A stretch of 46,837 nucleotides of DNA from a phage. Both the position numbers and the translations under genes were made by a program. Under the pieces are notes generated by a model. It had not been told where the DNA came from. It was given only the letters and a program-made list of their open reading frames with translations, and searched no databases. Positions within the stretch are counted from its first letter, which is position 1. Each line of letters starts with the position of its first letter. The stretch lies in the sequence record PZ502447.1; one strand, written 5' to 3'. Shown piece after piece: positions 34,706 to 42,845 of the stretch.

Positions 34706-34900
34706 TCAATCCTTAATTTTAACAATCTTAATAGCTTTCAAATCTTCTTCAGTGAAGTATCCTGTCAGCAACTCCTTGGCCTCTTCCTTTGTCTCGAATT
34801 GGTCGGCTTCAGATTTGTTGGTAGTGTATCCGGCTGGGCCACCAAAGTAGCAATCGCCGAACAGTGCGTTGTTTTTCTCTTTAATTATGAAGTATGGCAT
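34706..34900 (-). CDS. hypothetical protein
   Basis: 64 aa ORF upstream of the exonuclease gene. Confidence 0.4.
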   Translation of the reverse strand: MPYFIIKEKNNALFGDCYFGGPAGYTTNKSEADQFETKEEAKELLTGYFTEEDLKAIKIVKIKD

Positions 34901-34904
34901 GATT

Positions 34905-35090
34905 TTATCCCTTAATGACTTTGATGTGTTCTGATGTTGTCTTTTCTATCCTTGCGCCAGTTTTCTCCCATTGTTTACCGTATGATAATTCGCAAAATCT
35001 AAAAGCCATGTCATACGTAAGGAATATAGCGATAGGTGAATACGTTGGTAGTATTACTGTATGCGCTTTCAATTTATCAGGCATTTTCAT
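34905..35090 (-). CDS. hypothetical protein
   Basis: 61 aa ORF, first gene leftward from control region B; upstream CATCATT plus leader GCATCGAAAGAAAAC. Confidence 0.45.
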   Translation of the reverse strand: MKMPDKLKAHTVILPTYSPIAIFLTYDMAFRFCELSYGKQWEKTGARIEKTTSEHIKVIKG

Positions 35091-35222
35091 TACTCTATCT
35101 CTCTACGGTTGTTTTCTTTCGATGCGTTAATGATGCCGCACGCAAGACACACAGTCCAATTGGTATCACCGATTAATTAATCAAGTATACGCGTATAAAT
35201 CCGTAACTACGTGTAGACATTT

Positions 35223-35280
35223 CTATTGGTTACGTTTTTCACTGCCTTAGCCCAGCTATAGCTCAATGTAAATGGTGCGT
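35223..35280. repeat. duplicated control-region block 1 (copy B)
   Basis: ATTGGTTACGTTTTTCAC...GCCCAGCTATAGCT, matching 15975-16030 (the palindrome is partly degenerate here). Confidence 0.6.
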
Positions 35281-35403
35281 ATATCGTGTATACCGATCTT
35301 GGCGGATGGTGCATAGGTATGGGTGCCGCGCAATACTGTATAAAATCACATGATATAAAAATTATAACCGGAACACTCAAGAACAGTAGTTACATGATAT
35401 ACA

Positions 35404-35468
35404 CAGTAATATATATAATAATAATAATAAGAGTAAAAGGTTGATATATATAGATATTTTAATGTAAC
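35404..35468. repeat. duplicated control-region block 2 (copy B) with (TAA)n microsatellite
   Basis: ATATATAATAATAATAATAAGAGTAAAAGGTTGATATATATAGATATTTTAATGTAAC, matching 16146-16212. Confidence 0.6.
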
Positions 35469-35554
35469 TATGGCGTATCAAGGCGTAACTAGGCGTATAC
35501 GATTTCCCGCGGATGCATATGGTATACATCGAGTTACATCGGTTACGTGTAACC

Positions 35555-35640
35555 AATAGCACGAATAGCTAAAGACAAAGATTATAGATGATGTATGATT
35601 ACTCCATCGAAACGAAATGCTCATTATAAGGAACAAGAAA
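35555..35640 (+). promoter_or_regulatory. conserved promoter module for rightward lipoprotein operon
   Basis: AATAGCACGAATAGCTAAAGAC, 22 nt, TATGAT, then leader CCATCGAAACGAAA, then AAGGAA SD and ATG at 35641. Confidence 0.55.
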
Positions 35641-35886
35641 ATGACTAACTTAATCAAACTTTCAATCATCGCCGCAGCAGCAATCATGATGGTAGGTTGT
35701 TCTTCTGCTCCGCGACCAGACGGATGGTGTGCAACGCAAGCAAACGGCGTGTGCGTGGCTAAATGGGAAAATGGTGTGGTTGTACCGTCTGGTGAAGTTG
35801 ATGTGCGATACGCTGGTATTGAGAGCAAGGCTGGCGGCGGTTACGGTGGCTCTGTTGCTGACCATGGGTCTAAGGAGTGGAAATAA
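35641..35886 (+). CDS. small lipoprotein, candidate Cor-like superinfection exclusion protein
   Basis: 81 aa from ATG MTNLIK (AAGGAA SD); signal peptide ending in lipobox-like MVGC; Gly-rich mature part; located beside the J/receptor-recognition region as cor genes are in related phages. Confidence 0.5.
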   Translation: MTNLIKLSIIAAAAIMMVGCSSAPRPDGWCATQANGVCVAKWENGVVVPSGEVDVRYAGIESKAGGGYGGSVADHGSKEWK

Positions 35887-36848
35887 TGCCTCAAGGAATA
35901 TTGATTGACCTTAATGATGGAAGGCCACCTATGGAAATAACGGCAGGATTAAGAGCGCCCGCTGTGACTGGCTCAATAAATACAAATGGACTTTCGACGC
36001 CAGCATCATCATGGGATTTTGGTTTAACCATGTCCCCAGGCTCAACAGCATTCTGCCTTCCAACAAAGGCTGTGCACGTTGACGCTTATGATGTTGTACC
36101 TGAAGTTTATTATATGAACGGGTTCCAGAAGGTAAATGACGGAACTGGCAGGATAAAACTTAGTAACTTCAATGGCGCAAGAGGTCGTATAATTGACTTT
36201 GCTGGCAATTGCTTTGAGATACTAGCTGCTTCATCCTCTTCAAGCCCGGGCATACTTGTTGAGAACTCAACTGACTTCCTGGCAATTTCAAGTAATTCGC
36301 GGTTAATGTCTGCGGCGTGGGTTGGTGGAATACAGGTTAACGGCGCCGCCTCACTACCAGTCAGTGGGATTCCATTTGGTAAATGGGATAACCCAAACGT
36401 TTCTCTGGAGAGCGACGGTAATACAATTTGGTGCCGCAACATAAACTACAGCGGCATAGATGACGTTGCAGCAAGTACTTACGTACAGTTAGTGATATTC
36501 AGGAATGACCCTCCAGTAGCTGGCCCAGGACTCACAATGTCTAATAGTTCTGGACAGATTGTTTTTTCAAGCGTCAGGCGACCGTTCGTGCTTGGTGGCT
36601 TTATACAAATAACCAATGGTTTCCAGTCAATAAATGGAGGGTTCTTCCCACTGCTCAGGTGCGGCGCTACAACAAGAGTTACTGGAGGGTATAACAACTT
36701 AAGGTACAAGGGAATATGCATGTCTGGTGGTGCCGTAAGGGCAGTTCCAGGCACTGTGATAGGGAACTACTCAACGCAGACGGGAGCCCAATTCCCATTC
36801 GACACAAACATATCAATGGCTCTACCATTCATACCAAACTTCTACTAA
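35877..36848 (+). CDS. hypothetical protein, candidate receptor-binding / tail-tip accessory protein
   Basis: 323 aa Gly/Asn/Ser-rich ORF translationally coupled to the lipoprotein gene and convergent with J. The function is inferred from position only. Confidence 0.35.
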   Translation: MEIMPQGILIDLNDGRPPMEITAGLRAPAVTGSINTNGLSTPASSWDFGLTMSPGSTAFCLPTKAVHVDAYDVVPEVYYMNGFQKVNDGTGRIKLSNFNGARGRIIDFAGNCFEILAASSSSSPGILVENSTDFLAISSNSRLMSAAWVGGIQVNGAASLPVSGIPFGKWDNPNVSLESDGNTIWCRNINYSGIDDVAASTYVQLVIFRNDPPVAGPGLTMSNSSGQIVFSSVRRPFVLGGFIQITNGFQSINGGFFPLLRCGATTRVTGGYNNLRYKGICMSGGAVRAVPGTVIGNYSTQTGAQFPFDTNISMALPFIPNFY

Positions 36849-36855
36849 AAGAAAA

Positions 36856-36871
36856 GGCCCCGAAAGGGGCC
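36856..36871. terminator. bidirectional terminator hairpin between convergent genes
   Basis: GGCCCC-GAAA-GGGGCC; the minus-strand side is followed by UUUUCUUUU (3' of J); the plus side has a weaker T tract. Confidence 0.55.
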
Positions 36872-36878
36872 TAATCAT

Positions 36879-39800
36879 TTACCACACTCCAACTACAACC
36901 CTTCCACCATTCGGTAAATTAACTGTAATTCCATTATTGTTAATCTGAACAGTGTTGTTGGTTCCGTTAAACGCAAAGTTGCCGTTACTTGCGTACAGAC
37001 TACCCCTTACAGTTGCATTGTTAAGTTCCGCACTGCCTGACTTATCAATGGCCCAACCCTGAGAACCAGCCACGTAGTTATTAGATTGAATCCGGTTACC
37101 AATCTTCGCGTTAGTGATTGAACCATCCTGAATCACTGCGCTTTGAATGAATACCTGATTACCTTCAACTACGAAAGGCAATGACCACTGACCGGATCCA
37201 GAGCTAATGCCGTTACTGATTGCGAACCTGTTAGCATCGAAAATGAACTGACTACGAACGTTGCCACCAGATCCGGTTAGTTCCATGCTCATCCCTGAAT
37301 TGTACTCAACCCCATTGTAAGTAAGACCCAGCTTAATGCCGTACTGCGCACCAATTGAATCAGCTGTAACGTAAGTATCCAGCTTCTCATTTAAAGCAGC
37401 TTCATTCTCACCGAGCCTTGCAGATAAAGCAGTGTCCGCAGTGGTCCTTGCTTGCGTTTCTTCCGCTAGCGCCGTATCAATCCTTGTCAACGAAGCCACA
37501 ATCTCATCATCAATCTGCGCTTTAAGCTGCGTCAGAGCCTCTACGCGAGCCATTTCTTCGTCGGCGATAAGATTCACAGCCTGAACAAATTCGGCCTTCC
37601 TCTTGCCGTTTTCCTTCGTCATTCTACGCACGTCACCATCATTAGCCAGGGCGTTCTCAATTATTGATTCCGCTTGCGCCTGAATAGCTCCGTTTGACTC
37701 AATGGCATTCTGTTGGAGATACTTGAACCCATCTGAGTTTTCTATATCAACCTTAATATCACCAATGATTGACGACACATCATCGCTTGCCATACCCCTT
37801 ACAAAATCAGTCCATGGTGAGACGTTACCAATCTTGTCAATCAGTCGCGCCCTGTACCAGATAACCTTTCCTGCCGGTAATGTAGTGTGCCAATACTCGT
37901 AACCCGGGTAAGGAACTAGCGTTAACAAACTGGCGTTCTCTGGTGAGTAAGTACCATCACCATTGTCGGCTACTTGCTGCAATTCAGTGTATGACGTATC
38001 GGCTGAGTTTTCAGGGAAACCCCACTTAACCCTAATGCCAAATATTTCATCATCTGAAGCTGTGATTACCGTAGGCTCAGACGGCGTTCCAATTTTACCA
38101 GTTAGGCTTGCTGAAACAATGTCAGACCATGCGGATACGTTTTCAGTATCAGAAACAGCCCTCACGCGAACCTGATAAATACCAGCATAAATACCTTCAA
38201 TATCAACTTCTGTGTTTGCTGTGCGCGGTACGTTAATCCAGTTTCCGTTCTCCTTACGCCACTGTACCGTGTAAGTCTTGGCGTACTGAACTTTGTCCCA
38301 GGTGATTACCATTGTTTCAACTGATAAACCCTGCACAACCTTGCTGTAGCTGCTCACCTGAACATTTTCTGGGGCAAGTAGCGTGTCAGGTTCAACGATT
38401 GACGATGGCCTATCCTGAATGTTTACGCCGTAATCAATTTCGTCGTATTTATTCGGGTCGTACTCGACTGCCGTAATGCTGTAACCGAACGCATCGTCTC
38501 CATCGCTGTCTGCTTTTTGAATCCCGGTCACAACATATTGCTGAAGAGCAAGATTTTCCTTATCAATCGCAAATACTGTGTCAGGCTGAGGAGTAAAGCT
38601 AAACGCTGTATTAAGTTGCAGCGTCATACCATCTTCAGATACAGATGCAATGGTCCTGTACTCTGGCATTCCATCAGGCTTGTTTATTAGAATCCTGTCG
38701 CCAGCAGTAGCATCAATCTTAAATGGCACAAAAACTTGCAACCCACTTACTGACTCGATACGACCAGAAAGGTTAAGGGTGTAGTTGCTAGACCATGCCT
38801 GGTCATTAACTGCAATAACCTCACCAATCATTGGAATCATACCTTCCAGACCAGTAGTGAAACTAATAGTCTCGCTGCGAATGTTCGTCTTTAATAACCA
38901 GCGCCCGCGGCGGTTTGCCTCACTCCTGCGAGTACATCCAATAGCTGTAAGGTCGACCGGGTTGTAACCAAAACGCCTTGTTGCCTCTAACTCGAATACT
39001 GGCTCAACATCCTGTTGGTATGAGTTTTCAACGTCATCAAACTGAACGTTGGCAACCGTGTAAAGTGACTTATCGCTACCAAATGTACGGTTGAACAATC
39101 CATCAACAACGTTGTCATTGGTGAATACGTACGATGGTTGACGCGGCTTATCGACAACAATCCCTATCTGCTCGCCGTCATAGAATGTCAGCCCACGGAA
39201 GATAGAGCAAATATCACGGATTACCTGATATGCTTCAACTTTCTGCTGAATGACAACATCACACAGGTAGCGCGGCTCAACTCCACCCTTACCATCTGGA
39301 ACCATCTGGTCACAGAATTGCGCCGCCTCATACAGACCCCACTTATCAATAGTAATGCCAAGCTCTCGCTGGTCAAGTCCGTAACGCTGATTCGTCACCA
39401 AGTCGTAAAGAACCCACGCCGGGTTATTGGAATACGCCATCTTAAAGGTGCCGTTCCAGGTTCCGCTGTAAGTCCTTGTCTCTGGGTTGTAGTTAGTTGG
39501 AACGCGAATCAACTTCCACTTCTTCTTGATTGAAATCGTCGGGATTCCGTTAGGGAAGAGGTCAGAACTGAACTCAACGTAAACCAGCGCTGTAAGTGGG
39601 TAGCGGAATTTAGCATCAATTACTTCCTGATAGGTCGTAATTTGCATGTCGTTAACCAGCGTCGAACTTTCTGAATCTGCCGTGATCTTACGAACCCTCA
39701 CCAACGCACTCGAGAACTCAGCAGGAAGGTTAACCCTGATACTTCTGTCGTACCCGCTAGTTGTCTTGCCATTAGCTACTCCGCGCGTGTACTCAGTGTA

Positions 39801-40304
39801 TGTAGCGCCATCAACGGACAGGTCAATCGCATACTCGCAAGTGGTACCGTTAAGATCTCCGTTACTTTCCTGATTAATCAGACGAGGCCAAAACAGCTTA
39901 ACCCTAATTGCTGATAGCTGGGTGTTATTAACAGCAATGATGTAAGGAGTTGAGTTTTTAATCTCCCTGTTCACTTGCACTTCCGAGTTAGCACCCTCTA
40001 GCCCGGCAATGTAATCCTGACTCTGTGTGCCAGGGCGAAACTCTGCCGTTACACCCTCGTAGTTGTATGTGCCATTCTGGTTCTGTACAGGAACGTCAGC
40101 AAGGTAAAGGTCCTTTAGGGAGAATGAGCTATCAACCTCACCATCAGAAACAGCTAGCAAAACCTTAACCTTGTTTACGGATATCAGGTTATCAGGCTGC
40201 TCTACAGGTTGGTGCTGCTTTGGCTGTCCGCCCTTACTTCCATAAATCTTAATTTCTTCCGCCATATCACATAGCTCCGCATTTGTTTTGACCATTTGTG
40301 CCAT
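36879..40304 (-). CDS. central tail fibre / host specificity protein (lambda J-like)
   Basis: 1141 aa; segment NYNPETRTYSGTWNGTFKMAYSNNPAWVLYDLVTNQRYGL...DKWGLYEAAQFCDQMVPDGKGGVEPRY closely parallels the conserved region of lambda J. The first ATG lacks an SD, so the true start may be the internal ATG MAEEIK (40265) with a GGAG SD. Confidence 0.85.
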   Translation of the reverse strand: MAQMVKTNAELCDMAEEIKIYGSKGGQPKQHQPVEQPDNLISVNKVKVLLAVSDGEVDSSFSLKDLYLADVPVQNQNGTYNYEGVTAEFRPGTQSQDYIAGLEGANSEVQVNREIKNSTPYIIAVNNTQLSAIRVKLFWPRLINQESNGDLNGTTCEYAIDLSVDGATYTEYTRGVANGKTTSGYDRSIRVNLPAEFSSALVRVRKITADSESSTLVNDMQITTYQEVIDAKFRYPLTALVYVEFSSDLFPNGIPTISIKKKWKLIRVPTNYNPETRTYSGTWNGTFKMAYSNNPAWVLYDLVTNQRYGLDQRELGITIDKWGLYEAAQFCDQMVPDGKGGVEPRYLCDVVIQQKVEAYQVIRDICSIFRGLTFYDGEQIGIVVDKPRQPSYVFTNDNVVDGLFNRTFGSDKSLYTVANVQFDDVENSYQQDVEPVFELEATRRFGYNPVDLTAIGCTRRSEANRRGRWLLKTNIRSETISFTTGLEGMIPMIGEVIAVNDQAWSSNYTLNLSGRIESVSGLQVFVPFKIDATAGDRILINKPDGMPEYRTIASVSEDGMTLQLNTAFSFTPQPDTVFAIDKENLALQQYVVTGIQKADSDGDDAFGYSITAVEYDPNKYDEIDYGVNIQDRPSSIVEPDTLLAPENVQVSSYSKVVQGLSVETMVITWDKVQYAKTYTVQWRKENGNWINVPRTANTEVDIEGIYAGIYQVRVRAVSDTENVSAWSDIVSASLTGKIGTPSEPTVITASDDEIFGIRVKWGFPENSADTSYTELQQVADNGDGTYSPENASLLTLVPYPGYEYWHTTLPAGKVIWYRARLIDKIGNVSPWTDFVRGMASDDVSSIIGDIKVDIENSDGFKYLQQNAIESNGAIQAQAESIIENALANDGDVRRMTKENGKRKAEFVQAVNLIADEEMARVEALTQLKAQIDDEIVASLTRIDTALAEETQARTTADTALSARLGENEAALNEKLDTYVTADSIGAQYGIKLGLTYNGVEYNSGMSMELTGSGGNVRSQFIFDANRFAISNGISSGSGQWSLPFVVEGNQVFIQSAVIQDGSITNAKIGNRIQSNNYVAGSQGWAIDKSGSAELNNATVRGSLYASNGNFAFNGTNNTVQINNNGITVNLPNGGRVVVGVW

Positions 40305-40314
40305 TCTACACTAA

Positions 40315-40338
40315 ATAAAAAACCCGCACTAGGCGGGT
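40315..40338 (-). terminator. terminator-like hairpin between I and J
   Basis: Minus-strand hairpin CCCGC-loop-GCGGG followed by a U-rich run (plus-strand A-run 40315-40322); likely partial, since I and J are normally co-transcribed. Confidence 0.4.
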
Positions 40339-40344
40339 CTTAAT

Positions 40345-40920
40345 TTAAGCGATATCTTCTGAGTAACTCCCAGCACTAAATACAGAGCCGCCAACACTTC
40401 GATAACCGTATGGCAAACATATTGGGTATCCAGCAGCTACAGTGTTAACAGCCGACCCGAATGCGTATGAAGCCCTGTTTTGCGCAGACTCCTGCGTCTT
40501 TAATCCAGTTGCTTGTGGGGAAAGTAACTGAGCTACACCGCCAGCAGCCAGTGAGATACCAGCACCAAGAACAGCGGTTGCAATACCACCAGTAAGGAAG
40601 AAGCTAGCACCAATGAGCGCCGCACCTAGTACTGTCTGGAATAACCCTCCGCTTTTTCTTCCTTGAGGTATTGGCATAATACGAATCTCACCAACTGCCT
40701 TAAAATCCTTGATACGATGTTCATTAAGGTTCTTCCCGTCAGCAAATATTGCGAACCTAGTCCTTTGTCCAGCATGGCTTTGCATGAACTCTTTAAATGC
40801 TGGAATGTTTACCGATAATGCTCGAAGTGCTTCCGGTACAGACTCCACGCACAACTCATGGACTTTCCCGTACCTTCTGCCAAGTGACAAGCCCAGCTTA
40901 ACCTTAATCAGTCTCTGCAT
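40345..40920 (-). CDS. tail assembly protein (lambda I-like)
   Basis: Ubiquitin-like N-terminal half and Gly/Ala-rich hydrophobic C-terminal half; start moved to the internal ATG MQRLIK to remove a long overlap with K. Confidence 0.6.
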   Translation of the reverse strand: MQRLIKVKLGLSLGRRYGKVHELCVESVPEALRALSVNIPAFKEFMQSHAGQRTRFAIFADGKNLNEHRIKDFKAVGEIRIMPIPQGRKSGGLFQTVLGAALIGASFFLTGGIATAVLGAGISLAAGGVAQLLSPQATGLKTQESAQNRASYAFGSAVNTVAAGYPICLPYGYRSVGGSVFSAGSYSEDIA

Positions 40921-41662
40921 TGTAATTTGCTCCTTCTGGTAAATCTTTGTGGCGAACGATTCGAACGGTACGCTCACGCCAGTAATCACTATAGGTATCC
41001 ACTTTACTCATCTTGCCGTAAAGATGGTGCAAGAACTTATTGTCTCCAATGTAGATTCCTGCGTGGTTTGTGGCCTCACTTTGAATCTGCATCATAATCA
41101 TGGAGCCAACTGGAATATCATCAGTTTCGACTAGCTCAAATCCTTCCTTAATCCAGTTGTCATCATAGATATTTTCTCCATACTCCTTGTTCCACCATGG
41201 GTAATTAACGCGGTAGTCAGCCAGTTTGACGCCGTGCTTTGCGTGGAATGACATTATCAATCCCCAGCAATCGAAGCTACCCAAACCCCACGGTCTTCCT
41301 GCTAGCGGCATATCAACTGGTTCAAGGATTCGCAGATCTCCTTCCGGGTAACTAACGATGACATATGGAATCTCGCACTCATTGCAACTGCATATGTCTG
41401 CCGGGCTAGGCCTTGTAGTTGCACCATCTCCAGTGTGTGAGTGAGCTACGTAAACAATTGACTCGCTGTAGCCAAGATTAAAGACAATATTCATGTACTC
41501 ACTGGCGTCAAGAATGAACTCATTTTCAGGGTCTTTCGATGCGTTGGTGATTCTATGGTATTTTTGTGCCATGCCTTTTTGGGTGACTACGCCGCAGCAC
41601 TCGTTTGGGTAATCCTCTTTTGCGTGGCGCATGATTTCTAGTTTAACTTTTGGTGTAAGCAT
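40904..41662 (-). CDS. tail tip assembly protein (lambda K-like, MPN/JAMM plus NlpC/P60 domains)
   Basis: JAMM-like motif HSHTGDGATTRPSPAD in the N-terminal half and a Cys/His NlpC/P60-like half; start moved to ATG MLTPKVK to remove the overlap with L. Confidence 0.75.
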   Translation of the reverse strand: MLTPKVKLEIMRHAKEDYPNECCGVVTQKGMAQKYHRITNASKDPENEFILDASEYMNIVFNLGYSESIVYVAHSHTGDGATTRPSPADICSCNECEIPYVIVSYPEGDLRILEPVDMPLAGRPWGLGSFDCWGLIMSFHAKHGVKLADYRVNYPWWNKEYGENIYDDNWIKEGFELVETDDIPVGSMIMMQIQSEATNHAGIYIGDNKFLHHLYGKMSKVDTYSDYWRERTVRIVRHKDLPEGANYNAETD

Positions 41663-41672
41663 TTTAGACTCC

Positions 41673-42428
41673 TTAGTTCTGGTTATTCTTGGCTTGCAAG
41701 CTAGCGGAGGCACAACCTCCAAATGATAGCTGGTTGTTTTCACCAAACCTTAACTTACATGCATCAACAGTTCCGGCGCAGAAATCCAGGCCAGGGTCAT
41801 CAACCGGATTATTGTCTTTATCAAAGTATCGATTCCCGGCATAATCACAACCGTTACCACTACGATACCAGCCACGAGAAGCCCAATGGCATACTGACTG
41901 GACTAACCTCGCAGGAATATAAATACCATCCATGTCAATTGGACTAGATAGCTCAAAAGAAGCAGTTTTGTAGTCAACCTGCTTTGGTCGCTCAATAAAG
42001 TAAACCATCTTACGATAATCGCCATCTGCAATGCTGCCATCCTCATTGATATTATCCTTGATGGTAACCCAGATTGTCACCTTAGCCTGAACCATACCAT
42101 TATACTGACGGATTAGCGCTGAAACAGCCTGGTCAACGTTTGATAGAATTAGCGTGAGTTTGTTTGCTTTGCCGTCAGAAGTTAGGTTAATTCCGCTAAT
42201 ACCGAATGGCCTTGCTCCATATTCTTCACCACGAAATGTAATTGTCTTGGCTGGCAGTGGCTGGCCAGAGGATTGTGATTGCATGATTTCTTCAGGCGTG
42301 TATGAGATGTTCTCACCATGGAACCTGTAAACCCTTGCGCCAAACTTACTGCCGTCAACCTCAATAAGCGTAACCACCTCACCAGGGAAAAGTGATTGAA
42401 GCTGGTTCTCAAACTTTACACTTGCCAT
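41673..42428 (-). CDS. minor tail protein (lambda L-like)
   Basis: 251 aa; C-terminal Cys cluster (C..C...C...C) as in L-family tail tip proteins; sits between M and K. Confidence 0.65.
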   Translation of the reverse strand: MASVKFENQLQSLFPGEVVTLIEVDGSKFGARVYRFHGENISYTPEEIMQSQSSGQPLPAKTITFRGEEYGARPFGISGINLTSDGKANKLTLILSNVDQAVSALIRQYNGMVQAKVTIWVTIKDNINEDGSIADGDYRKMVYFIERPKQVDYKTASFELSSPIDMDGIYIPARLVQSVCHWASRGWYRSGNGCDYAGNRYFDKDNNPVDDPGLDFCAGTVDACKLRFGENNQLSFGGCASASLQAKNNQN

Positions 42429-42466
42429 ATTCTCTCCAATAAAAAAAGGCCCACATGAGCCTTAGT

Positions 42467-42814
42467 TTAACTCATTGACGTGAAAACTTCAGTAAATTGC
42501 ATACTAACAGTCTGAACTTCTTTTGTGCTCGGAGAGACGCTAATGCTATCCTGCTGAATAACAAAAAGTTTTAGCTCACCCTGCGGCGTAGTCCATGCGA
42601 AAGGTTTTACGATATGGTCAAAGCAGAAGTTCATTACTGCCTCCCACTCACGACCAACGTAGCTAACCGTGTAAGTCCTTTTGTTTGTCCTGTACCCACC
42701 AGTTCCACGCTGCTGGAATCCATTCCCAAATGATACAACTCTGACGTTATTCTGGTTTGAGAATGATAATCCAGCCTGAACGTTCAAGCACCAATTAAAA
42801 GTTTGCAATGCCAT
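42467..42814 (-). CDS. minor tail protein (lambda M-like)
   Basis: 115 aa ORF immediately downstream of the tape measure gene. Confidence 0.6.
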   Translation of the reverse strand: MALQTFNWCLNVQAGLSFSNQNNVRVVSFGNGFQQRGTGGYRTNKRTYTVSYVGREWEAVMNFCFDHIVKPFAWTTPQGELKLFVIQQDSISVSPSTKEVQTVSMQFTEVFTSMS

Positions 42815-42824
42815 TTAAAATCCT

Positions 42825-42839
42825 TAGGGGCCGAAGCCC
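42825..42839 (-). other. intercistronic UUCG-tetraloop hairpin
   Basis: Minus-strand GGGGC-UUCG-GCCCC between the tape measure stop and the M start; duplicate of the element at 32982-32996. Confidence 0.55.
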
Positions 42840-42845
42840 CATTAA

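Noticed and set aside
35377-35865. ORFs 35377..35562 (-), 35478..35828 (-) and 35662..35865 (-) in control region B and antisense to the lipoprotein gene
   Set aside because: Low-complexity or antisense to a well-supported gene; the corresponding DNA is duplicated non-coding sequence.
42430-42460. Weak hairpin with A-run downstream of gene M as an intrinsic terminator
   Set aside because: The stem is only 3-4 bp; M and L are expected to be co-transcribed, so it is not called.
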